Assembly: GCA_036172245.1 (NCBI GenBank)
Contig: JAYWIR010000072.1
Span: forward strand, 186,001-250,000
From: Raillietiella orientalis
Taxonomy: Eukaryota
Direction: 5' to 3'
DNA: 64,000 bases
Part shown: piece after piece, positions 46,801-58,263 of the stretch
How positions within the stretch are numbered: the stretch's first letter is position 1
Layout: each line of letters starts with the position of its first letter
Translations under genes and position numbers: made by a program
Notes under the pieces: model-generated
The model's input: the letters and a program-made list of their open reading frames with translations, nothing else
What the model was told of the DNA's origin: nothing
Databases searched by the model: none

Positions 46801-48913
46801 CGCGCGCCTACCTCCGACAGCCAGTCGGGCTTGAACGCACGGAAAAACGCCGTCCGTGCCACGCGCGCGTGACCGCCGCACGGCGCGTACACGTTCGTGA
46901 CGACGAGATTGATGGAGTCGGACCACCTGAAGGTGATTTGCCCGACCCGACCTGCCTCATCGAAACGAACTTTCCGCACCGCGCGTTGTAAGGCAGGCTT
47001 CAGAAGGAAAGCGACCCCGCGCGTACGGCGGTGGCCGCATCGCCACATAAGCTGACCTCCTGCTATCCGTTCGATCTCCCGCGCATGTTCTGCGGAGATC
47101 TCATGGATCTCCTGCAGCAGCACGAGGTCGAAGGCTTGCAAGGTGGCAGCTATGTCTCGTCTCCTGCCGTCATCGCAAAGCCCGTTGACGTTCCAGCTGG
47201 CGATGCGTATTTGACGGCAGGTGGCGAGTCCCGGCATTACTGCTGTGAAAGTGATGCTGCGTCTCCCGCCTCACCTAGGGGCGGGACGCCGGCTTTCTCC
47301 TGTGCGGTGGGGGGCGGCTCGACGACCCCCTCCGTCTCCATCGGCTCCGTCTCGACCGATCGTGGGAATTCAGGACTCGTGTCCATCTCTCCCACGCTCC
47401 CCGCACCCTCGTTTCCGGAGGATTCCCCTTCCTCGGAGGAGACGATCCTCCTCGGGTGACGGATTTTCCTTCCGGTCTTCCTCGGGGGTGCAGATGCGGA
47501 TGGTGCGTGTCCGGTCTCCGGGTCCGAGTCCGAGGTCCCGGTCCCCCTCCTCTCGGCCAGACGTCGAACGGCCTTCTTCCCGACATTTGCGGGAGGCTGC
47601 TGACTGGCGGCGAGCTCGGCGGCGGCTTTTGCAAAGCCCGCGTCATCGCGGCTCTCCCCCTCGCCGCAGCCCTCGGACGCTGTTTGCACAGCGACGGGGC
47701 TGTCAGCGTTGTTGCACACGGCAACGTCCTGTTCGCACGGCACTTCGGCGTCTGCAAGGCGCTCCAGTGCGACCGTGCATTTTTTCAGTCCCTGCTTTTT
47801 CGCGGGTTTCGCGGTTTTTGCAGGGAATTTATTTTTATTATTTACGTCCTTTTTTTCTTTCTTTTTCATTGGACAGACCTTTTGCCAGCCAGGCTCTTCT
47901 CCTTCCACCTCGGTTGCCTGCGTTTTTGCAGACGGGGTGGTCGAGATGACCTTTTTGGCTGGCTCCGGGTCGACCGTATTTTCAGACGGCGGCCTGGTCT
48001 TGTCAGGCTTCTTGCTCGCGTTCGTGCCGCTCACGGCAGAAGCCGGCGCGCGCGAAGTCTTTTTGGGGCACACTTCTTCCGTGTGCCCGATTGCCTCGCA
48101 CTTGCGGCAGGTGATGTTGGGGCAGCGTTTCTTCACGTGCCCCGTACCATTACAAAACGCACAGTATTTGGGTTTCCCCAGATACCAGATGTCGACAGAA
48201 TCTCCGTCGACTACTAGTTTATGGGGAACCCCAATGTCCTTATTCACAGTCACAGGTGCCGCGGCGAGCCCGCTCAGGAGTCCGTCATAAGTACGGAACC
48301 TGTTGGGCTTCAGCCACAGCGCGTGTACGGTGCCGAATTTGCTGAGTTCAGCCCTAACGGCGCTCGGTGACATCCGCACGGTGATTCCACGGAGGTGAGC
48401 AACTATTGAGTTGTCCACCGGGACAGAGAAGATCTGGCGGCCCTCGACCCTGACGGGGGTTCGCAGCAGTATTTGCGCCAACCATGCTTCTTTGCAGGTG
48501 AACTCGACATGCTGTCCCCCGCTGCGGATGTAGAGACCCAGCAGATCCTCCTTGTTAACGTTCAAACGGTGGAGCTCCTTCTCGAAGGAGCGCGCCACAC
48601 GGTCATCAAACACCCGGCCTACCTTATACGGCAGACTCGGGTTGTAGTTGTAGGCCTTGTAGGCCTGAGCCTCGGCGATGGCCGCTGCAGATGGCGCGGC
48701 GACCGCGGCGCTGTAGTCCCTCGCCGGCGCGGGGGACGAAGCTTTCGGGGAAGGTGCCCCTATCTCCATGGGTACGGGGGACGTTCGCCGGGCCCCCACC
48801 CCACATTCACTAGTAGCGGGATCAGGCATCTCTGCCATCCCCCGACCACTGATGCACCGCACTACACCAATAAAGTCGAGCGAGTCAGGAGCGCGCAGAG
48901 AACACGTCTGACC
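43871..48913 (-). mobile_element. Tx1-like beta element, 3' end lost
   Basis: ORF1, APE (45825-47237), RT with YADE and C-terminal CCHC (43860-45764). Confidence 0.88.
47237..48838 (-). CDS. beta ORF1p
   Basis: From MAEMPDP; CAFCNGTGHVKKRC and CRKCEAIGHTEEVC; TAATG overlap with ORF2. Confidence 0.82.
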   Translation of the reverse strand: MAEMPDPATSECGVGARRTSPVPMEIGAPSPKASSPAPARDYSAAVAAPSAAAIAEAQAYKAYNYNPSLPYKVGRVFDDRVARSFEKELHRLNVNKEDLLGLYIRSGGQHVEFTCKEAWLAQILLRTPVRVEGRQIFSVPVDNSIVAHLRGITVRMSPSAVRAELSKFGTVHALWLKPNRFRTYDGLLSGLAAAPVTVNKDIGVPHKLVVDGDSVDIWYLGKPKYCAFCNGTGHVKKRCPNITCRKCEAIGHTEEVCPKKTSRAPASAVSGTNASKKPDKTRPPSENTVDPEPAKKVISTTPSAKTQATEVEGEEPGWQKVCPMKKKEKKDVNNKNKFPAKTAKPAKKQGLKKCTVALERLADAEVPCEQDVAVCNNADSPVAVQTASEGCGEGESRDDAGFAKAAAELAASQQPPANVGKKAVRRLAERRGTGTSDSDPETGHAPSASAPPRKTGRKIRHPRRIVSSEEGESSGNEGAGSVGEMDTSPEFPRSVETEPMETEGVVEPPPTAQEKAGVPPLGEAGDAASLSQQ

Positions 48914-49571
48914 GTCGGCAATGCTGGTGTTGCATTGGGGGCTTCCTTGCAACGCCCGCCGACACCACTGGACGCGGGGGGGTGTCAACCCTAATTGTGT
49001 CAGGTCCGGGGAGAGGGATACTTTCCCCACCTGTTAGTGGATTCTGTTGCCCTCCGTCCCTTGTGGGAATGCTTTGCCGCAGCCCTGGGGATCCCCGGGG
49101 GCAACTCCAGAGACGCTTTGCGCCCCCTCTTAGTCCGTAACGCCCTGCCTCCAGCGGCCTCGCTTTCAGCCCTGTGCTGCCTACGCGGGATCGTCGTGGC
49201 ATGGAGCAAAGCGACGGGAGGATCCAGCGACAGGGATGCCAACGTGTATGCGGCCCGTTTCCTCAGGATGGCAACGCGATGGCCCCATCTGGAACCACAC
49301 ACGCAGAAACAGCTTGCCGGCATCCTCCAGAGGATGACGGACCCTCCCAGCAGACTGTGATCCCTTCCCGCTCCCTCCCTGATTTTTGTTTTCTTTTTGT
49401 TTTCTTTTTGTTTCGTTCCCTCTCCCCTCTGCTGCCGAGGTCGACCGCGCCACTCTGCGCACCGGTAGCCCGGCAAACTAGATCTTTCCAGAGCGTGGTT
49501 GGACCACTGGTCCAGTTACAGATTGTATAGGTTTATTCGTGAGAATAAACGTCCCGGCGCACCAGGGTTTC
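48914..49571 (+). mobile_element. 3' end of a Tx1-like epsilon element
   Basis: SAMLVLHWGLPCNARR..FPHLLVDS..ALCCLRGIV, pyrimidine-rich UTR, AATAAACGTCCCGGCGCACCAGGG. Confidence 0.8.
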
Positions 49572-49916
49572 AATGGAGATTCCGGAGCGTGACGCCTCTC
49601 AGGTATTCGCGAAGGTGTTCCTTCGCACCTGAGAGTCGCGTCCAGTCCCCCGGCAGACGCCAATCCCTGGATGGCGGTCCTTTTTCGCGAGGCCGCATCT
49701 CGAAAATTAGCCGGGAATGGTCCGACAACGTCGACGCAACCCTCCCCGGTTTGCCGACGCGTGAACACAGGTCAGTGTCAAGGAAGACGTGGTCGATGCT
49801 GCGGACCATTCCCCTCTTACCCGAGAACAAGTTGCGCGCACGCATGGCGGCGCCCAACTCGTTCATCGCGTTCACTTGTGTTTCCAGCTCACCTGTTAGC
49901 AGGCGGAAATTGAAAT

Positions 49917-52900
49917 TCAACACCCGGTCACGCCGGGGCGTTAATTGATAATAATAAACTGGCCAGGGACAATGTCCCTAACCAACAGAACGACAGAGAA
50001 CGTAGAAAAATTACCGGCACGCAGGCCTGGTAAAGAAACCGCTCGCAGCGTAGGGGGAATGAGGGGAAACAAACAAAAATCAAAAACTGGAGGGAAGGGT
50101 AACGGGTTTTCGGTTAGGCTCCGTACTCACGGGAATTCAAACGATGAGCACCTAAAATGTTCCGGAGCCTATGGGGACGCGGGTGTGAAAAAAAAATACA
50201 AAATTAGTTTATGGTGGGTAGATCAATGATCACCGGGTTGGCCGCTGCTGAGGGCGTGTAAACCGGCGGTGTATTGCGGCGACATTCATTTTTGTATCCT
50301 CTGTCAAATGAGGCCATCTAGCGGATGCTCCCATGTAAAAGGATGCTTTGCTGATTACCTCTTGATGCTATCCGTTGATTACCAACGACTGGCGGACCGA
50401 GACTATGGCGCGTATGCAACCGATGGTTGCAATCCTTGCGCTTAGGGACAGCCCGCTCGGCGTGAAGAATCGTCGCAGCAAGCCTCTTGCGGTGTCCACA
50501 GAATGCATTAGTGCTGTTGCCAGCCTACGCTACAGTCCTTGTAGGACACCGCAGTCCAGAAGTCGGTGCGGAATCGACTCCGTCGATCCGCACCGAACGC
50601 AGTTCGCAGACGCAAGTCCCGCGGAGTCACGATGCCAACGCTCACTGAAAACCCCAGTGAACGAAAAGCAGCACGGCTTGTTTCCAAGCAAGGGGGAGCA
50701 GCGAACTGTCAATACACTGTGAAGAGACTACAAGTACTTCGGGGGTGACAGCAAGTTCTTCTGCCCACCGGAGGAGTCCCTTTGCAGTAACACGAGGAGT
50801 GGCGGCGTCCGCCAACCCACTCGTCTTCCAGGCGCCAAGGAGTTTGGGTTTTAACGCTATCGTGCAGAAAACCTCCCACCTCGCCGGTTGGTAACTGTAG
50901 TTTCTTGCCCTGAGGGCTGACAGCGCTGCGGCAAGAGGCGTGGCAGCCAGGGTAGAAAACTTCACCTCGTCCTGCGGTACTTCTTCCAAGGATCGTGGAA
51001 AAAATTGGCGCAGGAAGCGAAGATCTTCATGGCGTATTCCTTGGAACGTTGCCCAGGATTCAACAGACTTCTGCCGCCAAGCTTTAAAGTTCATTGGGCG
51101 GCAGGAGATCCACGAGTGAGCTTCCAGAAGTGCGGTCAACTGCCGCAATGATAACCCGAAACCCCGCTTCCTGTATTGAGTGCCCGGCAAAAGCGAGAGA
51201 AATCCTCCGCTGGCGGCACATCTCCGCAGGAGAATGCGGGCCGGCACACACAGGGGGGATGTGCATACCTGGGCACGCAGTGCCAGCAGTCGTAACTGCA
51301 CCTGCAGTCAGATTCGCTCCATTGTCAAGATACCCAAACCAGCATCCCGACGCGGAGCTAACAAATCTTTAAGGCGGATCCTGGATCTCGCCGGACCCCA
51401 GAGAGCGTTCCTGAGCAGGCGTTTAGCCCGCTGTTTTGCCGCATAGGGGGGGTCCAAAACAAAAAACAGGGGACAAAGGAGGGGGGCCACAAAGGTGTTC
51501 CAAATAGTCGCCCGTTCCTGCAAGGTAAACTTGCTGTTAAAGAACGGGCTGATGGCCAACGCTGCTTTCTGAAGACAGTCCGCCCACGCTTCGGCTGCGC
51601 CGAAAGCGCATAACGGAACGCCAAGGTACTTAAGGTACCTTAAAGCAGTCCGACGGGATCCCCAGGCGGATCCACTCGGACTGCCCCTCCCACGACGTAT
51701 CCACAGGAACGACCACGCTCTTCTCTCTGTTCACGCTCACGCCCGCTCCCCGACGAATCAGGTCGAAGAAATCCTCTAAACTGGACGCCAGGGTGGACAT
51801 AAGGAGCAGAAGAAGCAGGTCATCAGCTTAGGCGGCCACAGCAGGCGTTCCCGGGCAGGAGCTTGGCAAGTGAGGCAGCGTCAGCCTGTATGCTCCAAGC
51901 ACCAACAAAAAGAAGGTGCTGAAGAGGAAGGGGCTTAAGGTTTCACCTTGTCGAATGCCTGTGCCCACAAGTACACCGTACACGCGGCAGCCGATGAAAG
52001 AAATACAGGTGAGCAGGTGGCGTCCGCTAGCGCGCAAGTTAAGCAGGAGATGCGCCGGAAATCCAAAGGGTTCCAGAAGCTACAAGAGGAGCTTCTGGTT
52101 TACGTAGTCGACCGCCTTGTGGAGATCGACCGCGACCGCCAAGGCACCTGGCGTTCCCTCCTGCCGTCGGCGCCTGTTCTACTTCCCTGCGGCAGTGAGT
52201 TTCGCAGCAGCCTAGCTTTGCTGCGCCACAACTTCCTGCAGCTGCATCCATGTACGCGCGAAAAAAATGTTCGCCTCCATGGATCGTCCCGGAACCGCGT
52301 AGGTTTGTTCCGGGCTCACCACAGATTCCGCGATACTTCCTAACCGCGCGAGCCACAGCTTGGAAAACAACTTGACGTCCGAGTTCACCAAGGTGATCGG
52401 ACGCCAGTTGTTAAGTTGACGCAAGTCTCCACCTTTCGGCAGGAGACGCACCTTTGCTGAGCGGAAGGAATCCGGGACATTCCCGGAATCACTCATCAGC
52501 GTCGCGAGTTTCAGCATCAAGGGAATGAGCTCCACTGCAAAGCACTGATAAAACTCTGCAGGGAGCCCATCCTCGCCTGGCGCCTTCCGTCTCTTAAGCC
52601 CAGCGATTGCCTACGAAAATTCATCCGCCGTGAAGGGCTCGTTGAGACGTTCGCGTTCCTTCTCGCCGACAACACGAGCATCCTGAGACAGGAGTATCTC
52701 AGAAAGAATATCCTCCATCGGGGATTCCGCGTACAGCGAGGAGTAGTAGCGTCTCACAGTGCGGCGTACTTCGGCTGGGGCCGAACATTCCAGGCCCTTG
52801 TCGTCCAACAGGCATGCTGCTCCGGACTGCCACACCTGGCACTCAACCCTCGCCTGGTACTCTGCGAGACGCCCGACATCCGCGCGTCTCGAAAACGTGC

Positions 52901-55824
52901 GGGCTTGCAAAAAGTCTCTACTGTTGGCCACGCCCTCTCCGAAACCGCGTGGAAGCCGGTGCAAGGGGAATTGGCAGCAGAACTCGCGGACAGATCTTTT
53001 GAGATCGTCCCAGTCCGCAAGTTCTTGAATGGCAAAGCCTCGGAGGTATCCACGTAGATGCTCCGCAGCCTCCGGTTGGCTAAGCCAATCCGCCTTCATC
53101 CTGCAGTTTTGCAACGGAAGCCCCCCACCTGGCAGAAGGATCTCAAACTCCAACCTGTGGTGGTCAGAAAGCCTAGTCAACAATCTTCCTATCCTACCCA
53201 CACGCGAATGCAGGTTTTCATTGACGAAAACGTGATCGAGCGATCTTTCCATTCCAGGTTCGCTGACAATCAAGTTGGCAGCGTGCACGGACGCGCACAT
53301 CTCGATGGGCAGCGCGCGCTTCCTCGGGCGGCTCCAATCGTCGGAGAGCAGGCGGACGTTGAAGTCCCCAGCGACGAGGTGCGCCACTTGGAAACCGGAG
53401 TTGTTGAGCCAGTGGCTCTGCACCTCACCAAAGAAAGCTACTCTTTCTTCGAGGTAGCGAAAGCCACTAGGCGCGTAGACGTTCGCAACGACGAGATCGA
53501 TGGACTCGGACCACTTGATGACAAGCTGGCCTATCCGTCCGCCGTCATCGAAACGAACACTACGCACCGCTACCGCCATTTTTCCTCTTACGAGGAACGC
53601 GACGCCGCAAGTGTGTGCGCCGCCGCACCGCCAATGTAGCGTTCCGCCTGCGCGCTCCTCGGTTTCGGCTGACTGCTCGTCGGAGATTACGTGAATCTCC
53701 TGCAGGAGCGCGAGGTCGAAGGGGCGCAGGGCGTTGGCTACTAATCGCCACTTCTCGTCGTTCTGTTGTCCGTTCACGTTCCAACACGTTACGGACAGAC
53801 GACGAGAAGACGCGATTTCCCGCATTACTGCTGGGAATGTGGCGGCTTTTTGCTCGCTTTATTCGGCGAGCAGACGGCGAGTAGCACGACTGGCTGGAGG
53901 AGACGGTCGCCACCGTCCTCTGTCGTGCTGCATGCATGTAATGCCTCCACGCCAGGCTTAACCCCGTCGGGTTTCGTGGAGACTTCGCGTGGCTTCGCAG
54001 CTAGCGTTGCTTGGCTGCCTACTTTTGATCGGCGCGCACACGCTTTCGAACGAGTTGTCCTCGTCTCGGTGATCGGAACGGCATCCATTTCGGAGTCCGA
54101 CCGGCGCTTGTTCGATCGGGTTTCGGCCTTCCGCGAAGTAGTGACAGGTTCTGCTGGATTGACAGCTGTCCTGTTTTCTTTTTCCGTTTCCAGAGCATCG
54201 CTTTTGGTGGCGGCTGCTTTCCCGGCGCGCGCGTTTTCAACGTGCTCACGCGCAGTTGCACGAGGGACCTTTGCTGAAGTCTTGTTTACTTCATTACGGT
54301 TCCTCACTTCGCGTGGCGCCGTAAATGGAGATTGTGCTCCATTGCCATCTTTGAAGCCATCCAAGTATTTAAACGGGAGCACTTTCGATGGCTCCGACAC
54401 GCTCGTGATGGACGCTGCCCTCGGAAGCGCTTTTAATCCCTTCGTTGGCATGGCATCCGCGCCAGTCGAGAGCTTGCTCTCCGACTGCGACGGCGTGAGA
54501 TTTTTCTCTGCTTTCGCGATGTTGGATCGCGACGCGGATTTTTTTTTGCCGACTTTCGAAGTCGATACAACACAACCCTTCTTACCCGATTTGGGCTTCT
54601 CAGCCACTGCAGGAGGTGAAGGAATGAATCTGACGGTACTGGAAGTGTCCTTACCGCCGTTGTCCATTGGCGTCCCCGCCGGTTGCTCGAACTCCGAGAG
54701 AGCCGGGCGTGCTTGGGAAGGACAGCTATTACGCCTAGGAGGACTTACCATTGCCTTTGATTCCTTGCACCCTTTGTTTTGCGGCTTACTTGCCGCGAGA
54801 GGGGGCGCGTAGGGCTTCGCGTGCGAATTATCCTGCTTCTTTGTGGCGACATTCCGCTTCGCGTTTTTACGGAATTTCTGCCGTGGTGTCTCCAGGATTT
54901 TCGCAGATTTTTTCTTCTTATCCGCGCTTGGTTTTTTAAGGTGGAGCTCCGCGGCTGCCTTTTTCCGCAAAAGATCCGGCAATTTTTCAATTGGTGCCCG
55001 GATAGTTTGCAATAACGGTATTTTCCAGAGGGGCATTTATCCAAACAATGCCTCTCCTTCCCGCATTGCTCGCACGCTCTTTCTTTGCCCGCGAACCACA
55101 GGTAAACGACCGTGTCTTTTACTTGTAGTTTGGTGGGTAGCAGATGGCGGTCCGACATTGTAAACCGGACTCCAGCGATTCCGCTGTGTATGGACGAGAA
55201 GTCCTTGAGGTTGCTACGCACCCTCCACAGCGCATGGACCGTGGCGAATTTCGCCAACGCGTTCCGAATATCAATATCGGAGATTTCCGACTCGATGTTG
55301 AAAATCTCCGCCACAAATAAGTCGTCCATGGTGGCCGGGAAGACCTTCTGGCCACGTATCGACAACAGGGTGCGCAGCAAGCGTTGCACAAGTGCAGCGT
55401 CTTTGCAACGCACCTTGAAATAGCTTAAATCCTTCACGGACATAATATCGATGAGGTCCTCCTCCCGCACCCAACACGGGTCAGTTCATCGTTGAAGTGA
55501 TTCCCGTCCCGCGCAGAAAGAAAACCACTCACCTTATATCGGAGAGCAGGTCTATAGCCTTGGGCTACGTATGGCCGCAACTCCGACTCGTCGAGTGGTT
55601 TCCCTTTGACGGATGCTGTGGCAGCAACGTCAGCAAAACTCCTCTTCATTCGTGAGAAAGACGAAGTGGAGGCGGCCGTCGGTTCCGCGACTGCAGATCC
55701 GCATGCTGTTCCTCCAACTTCAGGAGCTTCGGGTTGGGTCGACATCGTCGTCAAAATGTACGACGCCAAGATGAAGCGGATGACAGCACGGAGACGAGAG
55801 CGAAGAAAATCCCGTCCGCACTCG
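49917..55824 (-). mobile_element. Tx1-like zeta, full length and diverged; 8-bp TSD in the alpha APE GDFN codons
   Basis: ATTGAAAT at 49909-49916 and 55825-55832; ORF1 53825-55745 frameshifted, APE 52611-53825, degenerate RT. Confidence 0.85.
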
Positions 55825-58263
55825 ATTGAAATCACCCGCTATCAGGTGAGCCTTCCGCAAGTTTGTGTCCGCTAGCCAGTCGCGCTTCAGGGATTGGAAC
55901 AACCTGGTATCCCTGTTTACCGCTCGGGGCGTACACATTTGTGATCATCAGTTCGATCGAGTTGGACCAGCTGAGAATCAGCTGACCGACCCGACCGTCG
56001 TCATCGAAGCGAACGCCCTTCACGGCAGCGTCGATGGCTGGCTTCACGAAGAACGCGACCCCGCAGGTGTTCCGGAGGCCGAATCGCCAATACAACCAAC
56101 CCCTTTGCGATCGTCTCGATCTCCTGGGCGTCTGCCGCGGTGATCACGTGGATCTCCTGCAGCAGCGCCAGGTCGAGCTCACGCAGGCTGTCGGCCGTAT
56201 CTCGCCTGTTGCCGTCGTCGTGCAGCCCGTTGACGTTCCAACAGGCAGCGCGATTCCGACGGCGTCTGGCGAGCCCAGGTGTTAGTCCTGGGAAAATGGC
56301 GATGCGGCGACCGCCACCTGCTGGGGCGGGACGCTAGGTGGAGGGGGAGGGGGGACAGGTACTGAAGGCACCTGTTCCTCCTCCTCCATCGGTGCCGGCG
56401 CGTCGCCCGGATCACCCGCAGGTGGAGCCGCGCCTACCTGTTTGCCCTCCTCCATGGGTTCGCGCTGCTCAGGTTTCGCGACTGCAGGGAGGACTTCACC
56501 TCCCTGCACACCCTCCTCCATGGGGGTGGTCGACTTGTCGGCTTCCGGGCGTGGGTATTCCCCCTCCAAGATTTCCACGCTGCCGCTTCCTTCCGGCTTC
56601 TCCTCCTCGCTAGTGGAGGGGAAGCGCCTCCTGGGTTTCTGGAACTTGCGTCCCGACTTCCTGGGGGGTGCCTCCGAGGAGGAGGATCCGCTTCCGGCCC
56701 CCAGGTCGCACTCACCTGCGGGGGCCTTCTACGTCGGAGCCGACCTGCGCACGCCCTTGCGCGACGGGGTTTCGAGCACGGCGAGCGTTGCTGCGAGCTC
56801 CTTTTCCGCTTTCTCGAAGGCCGCGTCTGCGCCAGCGGCGACCGTTGCCGCGGGCTGCTCCGCGACCTTATCGAGCGCGGCGTCATCGCTGACGGCGAAC
56901 GCTGCCGCGGGCTCCTCCGCGACTTTATAGAGCGCGGCGCCCTGGCTGTCGGCGCGCGAGTCTCGCGTCTCACCCTCTAAACGTAGAATGGGCACGTCCA
57001 CGCGAGTATTCATCGCGTCCGCATCAGCTGTTCCGCGAACATTGCCGCGGGCGGACTCGGCAGGAACGGCTTAGCGTTCCAGTGCCAACGAGCATTCGCG
57101 GAGTTGTTTTTTTGAAAGCGGCGCGGCTTTTTTCTTGTTGCCGGCAGTTTTCTTCTCCGACTTTTCTTCTGGCATCACTTTCTTTTTTTTCTCTTTTCTG
57201 GCCTGAACCAGCTGCCAACCCTCCTCCATTTCCGCGTTCACGGGAGCTATTTCCTACGACGTCTGTACGGGAGGAAGGGAGGCTGGCGGCTTGGAACGGC
57301 CATTTTCGCGAGCTGGTCTTTCTACCAGCTTTCTACGTTTTCCCTGCGCCTTTTTGGCGGCAGGGGGCACCGGGGTGGGGCGCTTGGGGCACACGCGCCG
57401 AACGTGACCCTTTTCGCTGCATAGGTGGCACACAATGTTCGGGCACCTTTTTCGTAGATGATCTACTGCATTGCATAAGCCACAAAATTGGCGTTTCCCC
57501 ACGTACCAGAAGTCCACCGCTACTTGGCAGACCTCCAGCTTGTGAAGAAGCGCACCACCCTCGTTTACTGTGATACGCGCCGCAGCTTGACCTCCGAAAA
57601 GGCTATTGTAGCCTTGGAAAATCGTGGACTTCGGGCACAACGCGTGCACTTCTCCGTGCTTTTGTAGCTGTTTTCGAACCGCTGACCTAGTCATGCGACT
57701 GGAGATCCCAGTGAGATGGACCACCACCGAGCGGTCCATCGTTATTGGCAAGATCTTCCGACCATCAACGATCAGCGGGTCGGTGATCAGGTGTCGGGCC
57801 AAGGTGATATCCTTGCATACCACCTCGACCCGCTGCCCGCGGCTGAGGACGCAGAGGCCGTCGAGACCTTTTTCGAAAATATTGGCGTTCTGCAGCGCCT
57901 TCGTAAAGGCGCGTGCAGTTCGCCCATCGAAAAGGTTGCCTACCTTGTAGACTAGCGAGAGTTTATACCCCGCTTTCTTGTAGGCTTCTATCTCGGCCAT
58001 GGCTTCCACGCTAGGCGCGGCCACCATGGCGCTCCATGACCTCGGAGTCGCCGGGGACGATTCCGGGGCGGATGCCTTTGATTCTGTAGACTGTGGGGGT
58101 GGGCATGCCTCCCCCACACCCACCTCCATCGTGGTGTCCTCAGGTATCGCTGCCATCGGACACCAACGATGTTCCACTTGAAAACACACAAAGAAAAAAC
58201 CGCTTCCTGTCGACTCACTCGGGAGCGAAAGAAAAACGCGTCCACTCACCAAGGGATTCAGCG

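Larger units (their letters stand above)
41371..58253 (-). mobile_element. Tx1-like alpha-2, composite: pieces 41371-43870, 49572-49916 and 55825-58253, carrying nested beta, epsilon and zeta
   Basis: All three pieces align to alpha-1 in order; 3' tail at 41371 and 5' UTR ending at 58253; assigning the pieces to one element is inference. Confidence 0.65.
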
